From: Patescibacteria group bacterium
GTDB lineage: Bacteria > Patescibacteriota > JAUYIX01 > JBHPHK01
Length of the DNA stretch: 64,000 nucleotides
Assembly (NCBI GenBank): GCA_042569365.1
Contig: JBHPHK010000003.1
Location: 3,047-67,046, forward strand
Reading direction: 5' to 3'
A model generated the notes under the pieces. The model was not told where the DNA came from and searched no databases. It saw nothing but the letters and a program-made list of their open reading frames with translations. Position 1 is the stretch's first letter. Every line of letters starts with the position of its first letter. Positions 34,380 to 44,180 of the stretch are shown in pieces. A program made the translations under genes and the position numbers.

Positions 34380-36176
34380 ATGCGCAAATTTTTCATATTA
34401 TTTGTCGGTGTTGCTGTGGTAATGCAATTCACATGGATTGGCTATGTGGCGGCTGCGGGCACTGTATCAGATAGCGATTGGACCGGCAAGATCGGTACTG
34501 ATCTTGAAGAGACAGACAAGCTCAAATTGGATCTTGAAGACACAGCCTCTGAGAAGTTGGCTTCTTTTGCGATCGGTGATGCCTTAGATACTAATGAAGT
34601 AACTGGGGGAGCAAGCGCGAGACTTAGTACGGGTAAAATTGCGCGAGCCTGGGCGCTTAGCGCAGCAGATGCTGTGAAGATGCGCGTTCACAATGGTGCA
34701 ACTAGCATTTTAGATACAGAGGTTTTAGATTTTGATGTTTTAACTCCGATTGGTGGAGCAAGCTGCGCAGTTGCATTAAGTAATGTCACAGTAGCACCGC
34801 GTAATGATGGAGGTTATGTCGTGGTTACAGATTACTATGAAAGCGGAAGGTCAACACCAACGGTCACTTGTGGCGGCATTGGTAATAGAGACACTTTTAC
34901 TGTTGCTGCGATTTATGATGGCAATTTTGATCCGATCGATGAAGTAATTGATGTTAACTCTGCTGTCTGCACTGAAACTTTGGATTCGAAGTCGTGTAAA
35001 GTGAATAACAACGGAGGCAATATTGGTGTCTTCAGCGACAATAGCTTTGTGATCGTGTGGGTTGATACGAAAGATACTAGCGGTACACAGGTTTATGCTC
35101 AGCATTATGGAGCTAATGGTCATGCTATCGGAAGTCCAATTGGTATCGATGAAGATCTGGGTGCCGGCGAAGATGAAGAGTATCCGACAGTGCAAGTTTT
35201 AAATAACGATAATTATGTTGTGGCCTGGGATTCGTATACAGATCGTGGTGATGTATATTTTCAGATGATGGAGAGCGATGGCGATAAGATTGGCAGCAAT
35301 GTTAATGTTACAAATGTAACCTCGGCAGGCGAGTATGGCTATTATCCTGATCTGGCCCTGCAAAGCGATGGTGATTTTATCTTGAGTTACGCTTATGGTG
35401 CAGGTTCTGATTGGCCCGCACTCGTTGAGATTTATAGTGAAGCAGGAGTATTAAAAGAAGGCCCAGTCGCTGTCGATGGCACGAGTGGTGAGGATCAATG
35501 GAACATAGACGTTGCAGTCGGCGAGAATGATGAGTTTGTGGTAGCCTACCATGATTATAAATACTCTGGCACAGATTACGACATTGCGATATCACGCTTT
35601 GATGCTGATGCTAATCAATTAGACACGCCAGTGCGAGCGGTTAGTGACTACGATGACTCTAATGGTTACCCCTCGCTTGCGTACGGTGGCAATGACGACT
35701 ATTGGCTTACTTGGTGGGCAGCGTCAGACAATAATGCTTACACACTTAAATGGGGTCGTGACTACTTGCCGAGTGGTGAATATGTGTCTGATACGTTTAC
35801 GATTCCTGAGGGCAATGCCTGGACCAGCGCAGACTGGACAGCGGATGTTCCTGTAGGTACAACATTCACAGTCGAGGTTGATACAAACGGCGACGGCACA
35901 TATGAAGAGGTAACCAATGGTGAGGATCTCTATGGCTCATCTCTTGATACCGAGCCAAAAGAGAGTACTGAGCTAACATACCGTTTAGCCTTTGCGACTA
36001 CGGACGGCGATGCAACTCCGGAGCTAAGTTTGATCAGCTTTGGCTATGAAGATCTGCTTGTACTCGTTGGTTCTAAGTCTTCGCTGCCGTTATCTCTCGC
36101 GTTTATCTCAGGTCTGCTGATAACTGGCCTCTGGTATTCCCGGAAGGACATATTGGCCAGAGTGAAGACTAAATAA
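34380..36176 (+). CDS. Secreted repeat protein (beta-propeller-like FVVxW repeats) with a C-terminal hydrophobic anchor
   Basis: 598 aa. Signal peptide. Recurring blocks SFVIVWVDT, NYVVAWDSY, DFILSYAYG, EFVVAYHDY and DYWLTWWAA about 45-60 aa apart. C-terminus SSLPLSLAFISGLLITGLWYSRKD. Confidence 0.5.
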   Translation: MRKFFILFVGVAVVMQFTWIGYVAAAGTVSDSDWTGKIGTDLEETDKLKLDLEDTASEKLASFAIGDALDTNEVTGGASARLSTGKIARAWALSAADAVKMRVHNGATSILDTEVLDFDVLTPIGGASCAVALSNVTVAPRNDGGYVVVTDYYESGRSTPTVTCGGIGNRDTFTVAAIYDGNFDPIDEVIDVNSAVCTETLDSKSCKVNNNGGNIGVFSDNSFVIVWVDTKDTSGTQVYAQHYGANGHAIGSPIGIDEDLGAGEDEEYPTVQVLNNDNYVVAWDSYTDRGDVYFQMMESDGDKIGSNVNVTNVTSAGEYGYYPDLALQSDGDFILSYAYGAGSDWPALVEIYSEAGVLKEGPVAVDGTSGEDQWNIDVAVGENDEFVVAYHDYKYSGTDYDIAISRFDADANQLDTPVRAVSDYDDSNGYPSLAYGGNDDYWLTWWAASDNNAYTLKWGRDYLPSGEYVSDTFTIPEGNAWTSADWTADVPVGTTFTVEVDTNGDGTYEEVTNGEDLYGSSLDTEPKESTELTYRLAFATTDGDATPELSLISFGYEDLLVLVGSKSSLPLSLAFISGLLITGLWYSRKDILARVKTK

Positions 36177-36193
36177 ATCTTTCAAATGAAAAG

Positions 36194-36223
36194 AAAACAG
36201 AGGACTAGACCCTCTGTTTTTTG
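36194..36223. terminator. Bidirectional terminator between convergent genes
   Basis: AAAACAGAGG-actagac-CCTCTGTTTTTT. Confidence 0.75.
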
Positions 36224-36233
36224 TTCTGCCGAC

Positions 36234-37193
36234 TTATAAAATACTGCCGATAATCTCTGGATGACCACATAAGAATTCGCCGGCGGACATACTGGATTTG
36301 CCCTCGAGCTTGAGCTGGGAAATTGCGATGCGTCCATCGGCTGTGCCTACTGCGAGAGTGTTGTTTTCCTCGGCAGCTACTTCACCGGACTGTAGAGTTC
36401 CACCGGGATGTACATGCATACCTTCGATCACGAGCCGTTTATTGTTATAAAATGTATGCATGCCCGGCCAGGGTTGATAGGCGCGAAATTTACGCTCGAT
36501 GGTCTCGGCATTTTCTTGCCAATCAACAATACTTTCACGCTTTTTGATCTGTTTGGCTACAGTTGCGCCATCTTCTGGCTGAGGCACGGCTTTTAATTCA
36601 CCTTCTAGAATATTAGGAAGCTTAGTATTTAAAAGATTTGAGCCAAGCTGGGAAAGAGTCTTGAAAAGCTCGGGACTTGTTTCGGTTCCATTCAATTTGA
36701 CTATGGATTGCGCAAAAATTGGCCCAGTATCTAAACTTGGTTCTATTTGCATTAGGGTAACGCCCGTCTCTGTGTCTCCTGCAGTTATCGCTGCTTGGAT
36801 AGGCGCTGCGCCACGCCAGCGAGGCAGAAGCGAGGCATGAACATTTAAAAAGCCTAGGCGCGGGACATCTAGGATCTCTGCTGGCAAGATGTTTCCGTAG
36901 GCGACTACAATTGCGATGTCTAGATCTAAGGATTCAAGATACTTCTTTTCTTCTTTTAGATTGCCGGAAAACTTTTCCGGCTGGCGAATGTTGTTCGGAG
37001 AAATGCCAAGTCGAAGAGCTGCTTCCTTGACGGGAGAGGGGAGTAGCTCGCTAGAACGACCACGGGATTTATCAGGATTAGTATAAACGGCCGCGATGTC
37101 ATAACCGGCTTTAACTAGTCCTTCCAAAGCGGGTACAGCAAAATCTGGCGTGCCCAAGAAAGCGAGTTTGTATTTTTTAAAATCGAATGCCAT
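36234..37193 (-). CDS. fmt: Methionyl-tRNA formyltransferase
   Basis: 319 aa. FLGTPDFAVP N-terminus and NVHASLLPRWRGAAPIQ motif. Located downstream of def. Confidence 0.9.
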   Translation of the reverse strand: MAFDFKKYKLAFLGTPDFAVPALEGLVKAGYDIAAVYTNPDKSRGRSSELLPSPVKEAALRLGISPNNIRQPEKFSGNLKEEKKYLESLDLDIAIVVAYGNILPAEILDVPRLGFLNVHASLLPRWRGAAPIQAAITAGDTETGVTLMQIEPSLDTGPIFAQSIVKLNGTETSPELFKTLSQLGSNLLNTKLPNILEGELKAVPQPEDGATVAKQIKKRESIVDWQENAETIERKFRAYQPWPGMHTFYNNKRLVIEGMHVHPGGTLQSGEVAAEENNTLAVGTADGRIAISQLKLEGKSSMSAGEFLCGHPEIIGSIL

Positions 37194-37637
37194 TTATTTA
37201 TCAAAATAATCGATGCACAGGATGCCGTTGAGATGGTCGATCTCGTGCTGTAGGATGCGCGCTTCCAGTCCTTCCGCCTCTATTTCAATTGGCTGACCAG
37301 TGCGGTCAAGAGCGTGTACTTTGACGTGTGCAGCGCGGTCTACCTTACCTTGCAGTCCAGGGGCTGAAAGGCAGCCTTCATCATCTAAAATTTTATCTTC
37401 AGACTTTTCGATAATTTCTGGGTTGATCAGGGCAATATCCTCTTCATGAAGATGAGCGATCGCAATACTTTCGGTGCGCCCTATTTGGGTCGCCGCCAGT
37501 CCGATGCCTTGGTTTTTGTGCATCGTTTCGATCATATCGTCGATCAGCTGCTGGATCTCCGGTAGCGTCGGGTCGGCCACTTTTTCTGTTTTAATGCGAA
37601 CACGAGGGTCGCCTTCAAATACGATTGGTCTTTGCAT
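37194..37637 (-). CDS. def: Peptide deformylase
   Basis: 147 aa. The three PDF motifs GIGLAATQIG, EGCLS and HEIDHLNG. Confidence 0.9.
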   Translation of the reverse strand: MQRPIVFEGDPRVRIKTEKVADPTLPEIQQLIDDMIETMHKNQGIGLAATQIGRTESIAIAHLHEEDIALINPEIIEKSEDKILDDEGCLSAPGLQGKVDRAAHVKVHALDRTGQPIEIEAEGLEARILQHEIDHLNGILCIDYFDK

Positions 37638-37662
37638 AGAAGTTAGTGCTAGTAGTCTAGTA

Positions 37663-39636
37663 TTATAGCGTAGATACGGGGTCTACATCAATTTTCCAGG
37701 TATTGGGCACTGAATGGAAAAGTGCACGTAAATCTTTTTCAGTTCCGTTCAGTAAGATCTGCCAGATATATTTACCGCGCAGGCGCGGAATAAAGCCGGA
37801 CGTTGGTCCTAAAATCTGGGTCGTTTTACTGTTGTTTTTCTCCAGTTGCTCTATCAGTTTTTGGGAAAGTTCCAGAGCTTTCTGCTCACCGTCGGAATCT
37901 GACTTGGTCATTAAGGTTAGCAAGGCCAGCTTGGTGAAGGGGGGATATTTCATTTCCCGCCGTTCTTTGATCTCTTTATCGTAGAAAAGCTCGAAGTCGT
38001 GCTGGGCAGCGGCCTGGATGGCAAAATTTTCGGGTTGATAAGTCTGTACGATGACTTGGCCCGGACTATCACCGCGACCGGCTCGCCCCGCCACTTGAGT
38101 GAGAAGCTGGAAGGCGCGTTCCTGGCTGCGGTAGTCTGGAAAGGTAAGTGCAGTATCTGCGAGGACTACGCCAACTAAATCAACTTGCGGGATGTCCCAG
38201 CCCTTTGTAATCATCTGGGTGCCTATCAGAATATCGATCTCTCCTTTTTTAAGTGCTGAAAAAAGCTTGTGGTGTGCGTCTTTGTTTTGCATGGTATCGC
38301 TGTCCATGCGCGCGATGTGCACTCCTGGGAAAGCATTGACCAGTGTTTTCTCTACAGTCTGTGTCCCGAGGCCTAATTTTTTGATCTCAGTGTTTTGGCA
38401 TTCAGGGCAACGACTTGGCAAGTGTTCATTTTGGCCGCAGTGATGGCAGCGTAACGATTCGCCTCCGTAGCTCTGGTGATAGGTGAGTGGAAGTAGACAT
38501 TTATCACAACTAAACACAAAACCGCATTTGGTGCAGATAATACTTGAGGCGGCGCCACGTCTATTTAGGAACAGCAGGATTTGTTTGTTGGCATCGAGCG
38601 TATCAGCGATAGCTGACTGCAGGTGCTCGGAAAATATCCCGCGCGTCCCTGTACGTTCCACTTGCCGAAGGTCTATCACAGTCACTGGCGGTAGGGGACG
38701 CTGTTCGATTCGTTCACTCAGAGTCAACAACTCAAAATCTTCGGTATCTTTTGCGCGATAATAGCTAGTAATATTTGGAGTGGCGCTACCCATGATCAAG
38801 GTAGCCGGCCAAAAATCTGCCAGCTTCTCTGCCACAAGTCGTGCATCATAAAGCGGAGTAAGGTCATACTGCTTATAGCTATCATCATGCTCTTCGTCGA
38901 CAACGATCAGGCCCAAATCGTGAAAAGGCAAGAGCGAAGCAGAACGGGGACCAACGATTACACATGGCTCACCAGCGCCGATCTTTTGCCAGATATTAAA
39001 ACGCTCACTAGCCGACATTCCGCTATGCCAAAAATATACTTGCTCAGGGAAGCGGGCGCTGATTCGGTCGTGTTCCTGGGCGGTCAGGGCAATCTCAGGC
39101 AATAAAAACAAAACCTGCTTGTCAGCATTCAAGGCATTTTCAATAGCGTTAAAGTATATCTCCGTTTTACCACTGCCAGTAATGCCATGCAATAAGAACT
39201 TGCCAGAATTTTTCTTCAAATTGGTTTCAATCTTATCCCACGCCTTCTTCTGGTCTGTGGTCAAGAGATGAGGCTTTTCCGGCGGGTCCAGCTTGATGTC
39301 GCTAGTGTCTTGGCGCGGTCGTTTTAGTTCACGCGGAAGCATCGCGGCTAAGACCTGGCCGTAAGAGCCTTGATAATAGTCTGCGATCCACTTAAGAAGG
39401 TCACGTGTAGGTTTTTCAAAAGTCGGCGCCTCGACAGCTTCAATAATTTCTTTCAACTTTGACTTCGGTGTCTTAGTGTCCTCCTCTTCATCCCAGACAA
39501 GGCCGCGTAAATTTCGTTTACCAAAAGGAATCCGCACCAAAGTGCCCGGCTTGATCTGTTTAGTCGACAAATAGGAAAAAACCTGGGTATTGCCCAGCTG
39601 CGTTTTGGTTTCTGGAATAACTCCGAGGCGGTACAT
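37663..39636 (-). CDS. priA: Primosomal protein N' (replication restart helicase PriA)
   Basis: 657 aa. Walker A GITGSGKTE, DEEHD box, Cys-rich zinc insertion (CTKCG..CDKC..CHHCG..CPEC), helicase C-terminal motifs. Confidence 0.9.
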   Translation of the reverse strand: MYRLGVIPETKTQLGNTQVFSYLSTKQIKPGTLVRIPFGKRNLRGLVWDEEEDTKTPKSKLKEIIEAVEAPTFEKPTRDLLKWIADYYQGSYGQVLAAMLPRELKRPRQDTSDIKLDPPEKPHLLTTDQKKAWDKIETNLKKNSGKFLLHGITGSGKTEIYFNAIENALNADKQVLFLLPEIALTAQEHDRISARFPEQVYFWHSGMSASERFNIWQKIGAGEPCVIVGPRSASLLPFHDLGLIVVDEEHDDSYKQYDLTPLYDARLVAEKLADFWPATLIMGSATPNITSYYRAKDTEDFELLTLSERIEQRPLPPVTVIDLRQVERTGTRGIFSEHLQSAIADTLDANKQILLFLNRRGAASSIICTKCGFVFSCDKCLLPLTYHQSYGGESLRCHHCGQNEHLPSRCPECQNTEIKKLGLGTQTVEKTLVNAFPGVHIARMDSDTMQNKDAHHKLFSALKKGEIDILIGTQMITKGWDIPQVDLVGVVLADTALTFPDYRSQERAFQLLTQVAGRAGRGDSPGQVIVQTYQPENFAIQAAAQHDFELFYDKEIKERREMKYPPFTKLALLTLMTKSDSDGEQKALELSQKLIEQLEKNNSKTTQILGPTSGFIPRLRGKYIWQILLNGTEKDLRALFHSVPNTWKIDVDPVSTL

Positions 39637-39645
39637 ACGACGCGC

Positions 39646-40461
39646 CTATTTATGAGGCGACAAATCTACTGTCAGATAACCCGTACCAAAAGGCGACTCG
39701 TAGCTCAAGAGATGAGGCTTAATATCAGGATCAGAAACTTTAGCAGCCGCCCACGCAACACAAAGCGCGCGTAGTCCAGTCTCACCGATCTTCTTAGCCC
39801 AAGTGGAATCTAGATTTCTAATCGCGGCTGGGTTGTTGTCACGCAAAGCCTCAATAATAGTAATATCAAAATGTTCAGACTGTTCCAGGTACTCAGCTGA
39901 GGCAGCCGGCATCTTGTTGGCCAGGTCAGTCGATGCGATCAGGGCGATCTTCTCGGGACGCGCATGCAGGGTGTGGCCGAGCATCTCGCCCGCTAGCCAG
40001 TGTTCCGAAAAATTATTTTCGGAATGCTCCATCATTATGATCTGAGGCAAATCATCAGTCTTCTGGCAACAGCCAATGATCATCAGCGTAATAAACGTGA
40101 AGGGACTGATGGAAGTTTCGTGCTGCGTAGTCGTTGGGATACCCAGACTCTTAGCGTTGCGGCGGATTTCCTCTACTAGATCCTGATGATTATGGAAAAC
40201 TAAAGCGGTCTCTTCATCTCCAAACGCGGCGAGATTACCTGAAAGCTGGTCAGAGTTCGCAAAAACCAGCGTATCGAGATTATGGTTCTCGGGACGCGGT
40301 GGCTGGACAACAGCAACAATCTCAGGCTTAATTGCCTGAATTTTAGCTCTTAGGCTATCAAGTGATTGCCTGGTAATATCAGTTTTCAGTTTGTGGTCTT
40401 CTGAAGCGCTTGGCAAAAGTTCAGGAGCATGGGGCGCAACAGCAATAAAATCTAAACTCAT
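39646..40461 (-). CDS. Hypothetical protein; possibly class III extradiol dioxygenase (LigB)/MEMO-like fold
   Basis: 271 aa. N-terminal IAVAPHAPELL pattern and length resemble the LigB superfamily. Weak assignment. Confidence 0.35.
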   Translation of the reverse strand: MSLDFIAVAPHAPELLPSASEDHKLKTDITRQSLDSLRAKIQAIKPEIVAVVQPPRPENHNLDTLVFANSDQLSGNLAAFGDEETALVFHNHQDLVEEIRRNAKSLGIPTTTQHETSISPFTFITLMIIGCCQKTDDLPQIIMMEHSENNFSEHWLAGEMLGHTLHARPEKIALIASTDLANKMPAASAEYLEQSEHFDITIIEALRDNNPAAIRNLDSTWAKKIGETGLRALCVAWAAAKVSDPDIKPHLLSYESPFGTGYLTVDLSPHK

Positions 40462-40470
40462 AGTGTTTAT

Positions 40471-40479
40471 ACTATAGCA
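40471..40479 (-). promoter_or_regulatory. Extended -10 element (minus strand TGcTATAGT) ending 9 nt before ATG 40461
   Basis: The minus strand reads cgTGcTATAGTataaacactATG. No SD. Confidence 0.5.
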
Positions 40480-40517
40480 CGATAAATCCGGTTTTTAACA
40501 GTGCTTTTCCCTATATG

Positions 40518-40526
40518 TGTTAAGAT
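40518..40526 (+). promoter_or_regulatory. Extended -10 promoter (TGtTAAGAT) for thpR
   Basis: TG at 40518-40519, TAAGAT at 40521-40526, 18 nt before ATG 40545. Confidence 0.45.
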
Positions 40527-40544
40527 TTAAGAAACGCAAAAACT

Positions 40545-41129
40545 ATGCCCTCAAATAAAAAACAAGAGAAAAAAAGAATATTCGTAGCTGTGCAGATTCC
40601 CGCAGTTGTCAAAAAAGAGGTCAAAGAACTAATAGGCCAGGAATTACTAAAAAATAAGGACATCAAGCTAGTTCGTCCTGAAAACTGGCATCTAACTCTA
40701 CAGTTTTTAGGGGATCTTTCTGATAAAGAAGTGAAGGGTGCCAAAAAAGCCTTGAAGGCGCTTGCCGAGAGCTATAAATTATTTAATCTTTATGTGGAAA
40801 GCTTGGAGCTTTATCCGCGTGAGAATATGCCGCGCGTGGTGGCTTTGCAGCTAAAAGACCATTCTGCCTTGATGGATGTCCAGGCGGCGGTAGCTAAAGC
40901 TCTAGAGAAATGGACCAGTCCAGAAGCTGCCAAGCAGCAATTTCGTCCGCATATTTCGATTCTGCGCCTCAAGCCGGACGTAGATATAGCCGAGGTGCAA
41001 GAACTTCTAGCCGAACCCTACGAGCGGCGCTTTGAGGTGCCAGATATTGTCTTGTATTCTTCTGTCTTGGAGGAAACAGGAGCGGTACACACTGAGGAAG
41101 CTCGCTTTGAGCTCTTGCCGGACGAATAA
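40545..41129 (+). CDS. thpR: RNA 2',3'-cyclic phosphodiesterase (2H family, LigT/ThpR)
   Basis: 194 aa. Two HxT/S motifs: WHLTLQFLG and PHISILR. Confidence 0.8.
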   Translation: MPSNKKQEKKRIFVAVQIPAVVKKEVKELIGQELLKNKDIKLVRPENWHLTLQFLGDLSDKEVKGAKKALKALAESYKLFNLYVESLELYPRENMPRVVALQLKDHSALMDVQAAVAKALEKWTSPEAAKQQFRPHISILRLKPDVDIAEVQELLAEPYERRFEVPDIVLYSSVLEETGAVHTEEARFELLPDE

Positions 41130-41385
41130 TATTTATTGAAAATCATGAAGAGGTCCGAATAAATAAGATATGACTCGAAAATTACCCGTCTGCAATGTAT
41201 TCTGATGTTCCGGTCTTTCGAGGAGTAGCTTATTTATGAGGATTGAAGAGTTGCTCGATTTCTTCTCAAAAAACATCTTCTGCGAATCTTGTTGGCTATC
41301 AAACAGGTTAACAGCATTCTTGAGGATGTTTTTTGAGAGACAAGGTTTTTAAGAAATACCATCCGTAATGAGAAATCAGGTAGTG

Positions 41386-41418
41386 AAAAAGCCGCCAGTT
41401 AGACCAGCGGCTTTTTTT
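41386..41418. terminator. Bidirectional terminator
   Basis: AAAAAGCCGC-cagttagacca-GCGGCTTTTTTT. Confidence 0.6.
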
Positions 41419-41428
41419 GGATTCGATA

Positions 41429-41683
41429 TTAATCATGAGGACCGTACGTTCGCGATGAAAGCTGCGAGAACGTATTCTTGGCTCCCAGATTAAGTTGTTT
41501 GAGGAGGTTGGGATTATTATCCCAGACCTGATTGATTCGACGCCTGGCTTCTTTCTCGTCAGCGCATTCCCTGAACATTCTCATCGAGAAGTCAAAGAAT
41601 GCCTGCGGGCCTGAGATTTTCGGCTTGGCATCATTGTCTTCTCGTTCCTCTGACGAGGACTTAAAGAGTGAGCGTTGGATCAT
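41429..41683 (-). CDS. Hypothetical 84-aa protein
   Basis: AGGAG lies 6 nt upstream of the ATG (minus strand aaaAGGAGacgtacATG). Located 12 nt downstream of the transglycosylase gene. Confidence 0.4.
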   Translation of the reverse strand: MIQRSLFKSSSEEREDNDAKPKISGPQAFFDFSMRMFRECADEKEARRRINQVWDNNPNLLKQLNLGAKNTFSQLSSRTYGPHD

Positions 41684-41695
41684 GTACGTCTCCTT

Positions 41696-42565
41696 TTAAG
41701 AAGGCATGTATTTTCCAGGCTTGCCGGAGATTTTTTCAGCTTTATGGCAAATATGCCAGGCGTAGTTTTCGCCTTCGCCGTAGTAATGCAAGGCCCACCA
41801 CAAGGTTCCGTGTTTTTTCTGCAAGATAGACACGTAGTTTGCGGTGGAATGGATCGCATCAGCTAGTTCGAAGGGGTTTCTTTTTCCGTCATGATTGCCG
41901 TCTACTGCGTAGTGCAGCCACCACGTTGGTTTGAATTGAGTCAGGCCAATTGCTCCAGAAGAGGAGCTTTTGACTTGATTGATATCCAGACCGTTTTCAT
42001 GGCAGATCTTGCGAAGAGATCTGAGATGACCGGGCGCATTTGCAAGTTCAATTACCGCTAAATGCTTGCCGAGCTTTTTCCCTTCATCCGTTTCCTGTTT
42101 GAAAAGCGCTTTCAGGATGTCTTCCGGAACGCCAAACTTTCTTGAGGCGCTCTTGAAGATCTGATCACGCGTCGGCTGTTTCAGATCTCGGATGGTTGTG
42201 TAGTACAACCGTTCGTCATCTGATACCACCTTCTTTTTTGGCTGAGATTTCGGCTTTTTGGCCGGCTTCTCAGTAGGTTTCTCGGGCTCAGGGATCACTG
42301 TTCTGGCCGGTGTCTTCTTATCCAGCTGGTATTGCTGGTAAGCGTCGATGGCCTCCATGCCGTGGAGAAACGTCCTGTAGCTGATGCCACTGATGACAAC
42401 AAACGCGAGACAGAGAACGAAAGCGGCGAATGCTAATCGCAGATACCGTTTCCGGAGCGAGTATACAAGATGCGCACCCAGAACGGCGGCACAGGCTGCT
42501 GTAATTATGGAAATCACAACAGGCACTGTTAGGCAGAAAAATAAATCCGAATTAGTTAAAGACAT
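41696..42565 (-). CDS. Membrane-anchored lytic murein transglycosylase (MltB/SLT_2-like)
   Basis: ATG 42565 is preceded by GGAGG (minus strand aaaaaGGAGGacatcATG); the track start 42655 is an unsupported N-terminal extension that overlaps the gltX ORF-track extension (42617). Motifs SGAIGLTQFKPTWW and DGNHDGKRNPFELADAIHSTANYV. Confidence 0.75.
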   Translation of the reverse strand: MSLTNSDLFFCLTVPVVISIITAACAAVLGAHLVYSLRKRYLRLAFAAFVLCLAFVVISGISYRTFLHGMEAIDAYQQYQLDKKTPARTVIPEPEKPTEKPAKKPKSQPKKKVVSDDERLYYTTIRDLKQPTRDQIFKSASRKFGVPEDILKALFKQETDEGKKLGKHLAVIELANAPGHLRSLRKICHENGLDINQVKSSSSGAIGLTQFKPTWWLHYAVDGNHDGKRNPFELADAIHSTANYVSILQKKHGTLWWALHYYGEGENYAWHICHKAEKISGKPGKYMPS

Positions 42566-42664
42566 GATGTCCTCCTTTTTGTAAAGTTGCACGCATTTAG
42601 CTGCCCCATGCACTAAATGACTCAAAATAATAGCATAAAATGCACTTCTCGTCAACTTAAGATG

Positions 42665-42673
42665 TGTTACAAT
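42665..42673 (+). promoter_or_regulatory. Extended -10 element (TGtTACAAT) ending 9 nt before gltX ATG 42683
   Basis: TG at 42665-42666, TACAAT at 42668-42673. No SD. Confidence 0.5.
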
Positions 42674-42682
42674 ACTGACAGT

Positions 42683-44050
42683 ATGAAAAAGCCCTCAAAA
42701 CAAGTTAGAACGCGTATTGCACCGTCTCCGACGGGATTGCTGCATTTTGGTACTTTGCGTACCGCGCTGTTTAATTATCTCTTTGCCAAGAACAATGGGG
42801 GAGAGTTTATTGTGCGCATTGAGGATACAGATAAGGAACGTTCTAACGCCGCTTTCGAAAAAAACATTTTGGACGGGATTGCCTGGGCGGGTCTTGAGTG
42901 GGATGAGGGTCCGGATAATCCTGGCAAGTTCGGACCGTATCGCCAGTCAGAGCGGGGGAGTGTCTATGAAAAATATTTCAAGATTTTGCAGGATTCCGGG
43001 CAGGCTTATGAAAAAGAGGGCGCGCTTCATCTGAAATTGCCGGAAGACATCAAGGAACTGACTATAAAAGACTTGATCAGGGGAGAGGTAACTTTCGATA
43101 TTACTCAGTTAAACGACATTGTCATCCGAAAGTCAGACGGTACGCCGACGTTTATGTTTGCGAATGCCTTAGATGACGCACTGATGGAGATCTCGCATGT
43201 GATCCGTGGAGAGGATCATCTTTCCAATACGCCCAAGCAGGTGATCATTTACCGGGCGTTAGGATTTGAGCCACCCGAGTTTGCGCACCTGCCACTGATC
43301 TTAAATCCAGATCGCAGCAAGATGAGTAAGCGCGCCGGTGACGTCGATGTAGACGCCTATATCCAGAAAGGCTATCTCCCGGAAGCTTTAATCAACTTTA
43401 TGGTTTTCCTGGGCTGGAATCCTAAGACGACTGAGGAGATCTTTTCACTTGCCGAGCTAGAAAAACGTTTTGATATCGCACAAGTCAACAAAGCGGGCGC
43501 CGTTTTTGACATCAAAAGACTAAACTACTTGAACAACAAATATGTCAATGAACTTTCCGAGGATGATTTCGTTACTTATTGTAAAAATCCTTTGCTAAAA
43601 GCTGGTTTGGTCGAAGAGAACGATTTCACAAACAAAAAAGACCGCGAGTATCTGGGGAAAATCTTAGATGTCATCAAAGACCGCACGGAAAATAACGAAG
43701 AGATCGCAGAGCAGGTCCAATTTTTCTTCAAGCCGGCAGAAGATTACGACGCCTCCAAAGTCATCTGGAAAAAGAGTGACAAGGATGAGACGATCAAAGC
43801 TTTGGCGGCAGCCGCGGAAGAGTTAGAGAAATTATCTGCAGCACAATACACCCACGAAAATATCGAGAAAGCTTGGCGGGCAAGATTAGAAAAAGAGGGG
43901 ATCGAAGCAGGTTCGTTTTTATGGCCGGTGCGCTATGCGCTTTCCCATGAAGATCGTTCTCCCGGCGCTTTCGAAATGGCGGCAGTTTTAGGAAAAAAAG
44001 AGTCCATGCAGAGAATCAAGGAAACGATTTCTAAGTTGGAGAAGAGTTAA
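42683..44050 (+). CDS. gltX: Glutamate--tRNA ligase
   Basis: MKKPSKQVRTRIAPSPTGLLHFGTLRTAL (HIGH-type motif), KMSKR, class I GluRS length. The track start 42617 extends the ORF upstream across the extended -10 element (42665-42673). Confidence 0.9.
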   Translation: MKKPSKQVRTRIAPSPTGLLHFGTLRTALFNYLFAKNNGGEFIVRIEDTDKERSNAAFEKNILDGIAWAGLEWDEGPDNPGKFGPYRQSERGSVYEKYFKILQDSGQAYEKEGALHLKLPEDIKELTIKDLIRGEVTFDITQLNDIVIRKSDGTPTFMFANALDDALMEISHVIRGEDHLSNTPKQVIIYRALGFEPPEFAHLPLILNPDRSKMSKRAGDVDVDAYIQKGYLPEALINFMVFLGWNPKTTEEIFSLAELEKRFDIAQVNKAGAVFDIKRLNYLNNKYVNELSEDDFVTYCKNPLLKAGLVEENDFTNKKDREYLGKILDVIKDRTENNEEIAEQVQFFFKPAEDYDASKVIWKKSDKDETIKALAAAAEELEKLSAAQYTHENIEKAWRARLEKEGIEAGSFLWPVRYALSHEDRSPGAFEMAAVLGKKESMQRIKETISKLEKS

Positions 44051-44180
44051 AGAAAAGGCGCTTTACTGATCACATTTTTTGTGGTACGATATGTCACTGA
44101 AAAGAGGCTAATTTTGCGTCCAAATATGATTAGGACCTGATTTAAGCCCCTTTGAGAAGCCCTATAATCGCTTATAACCC

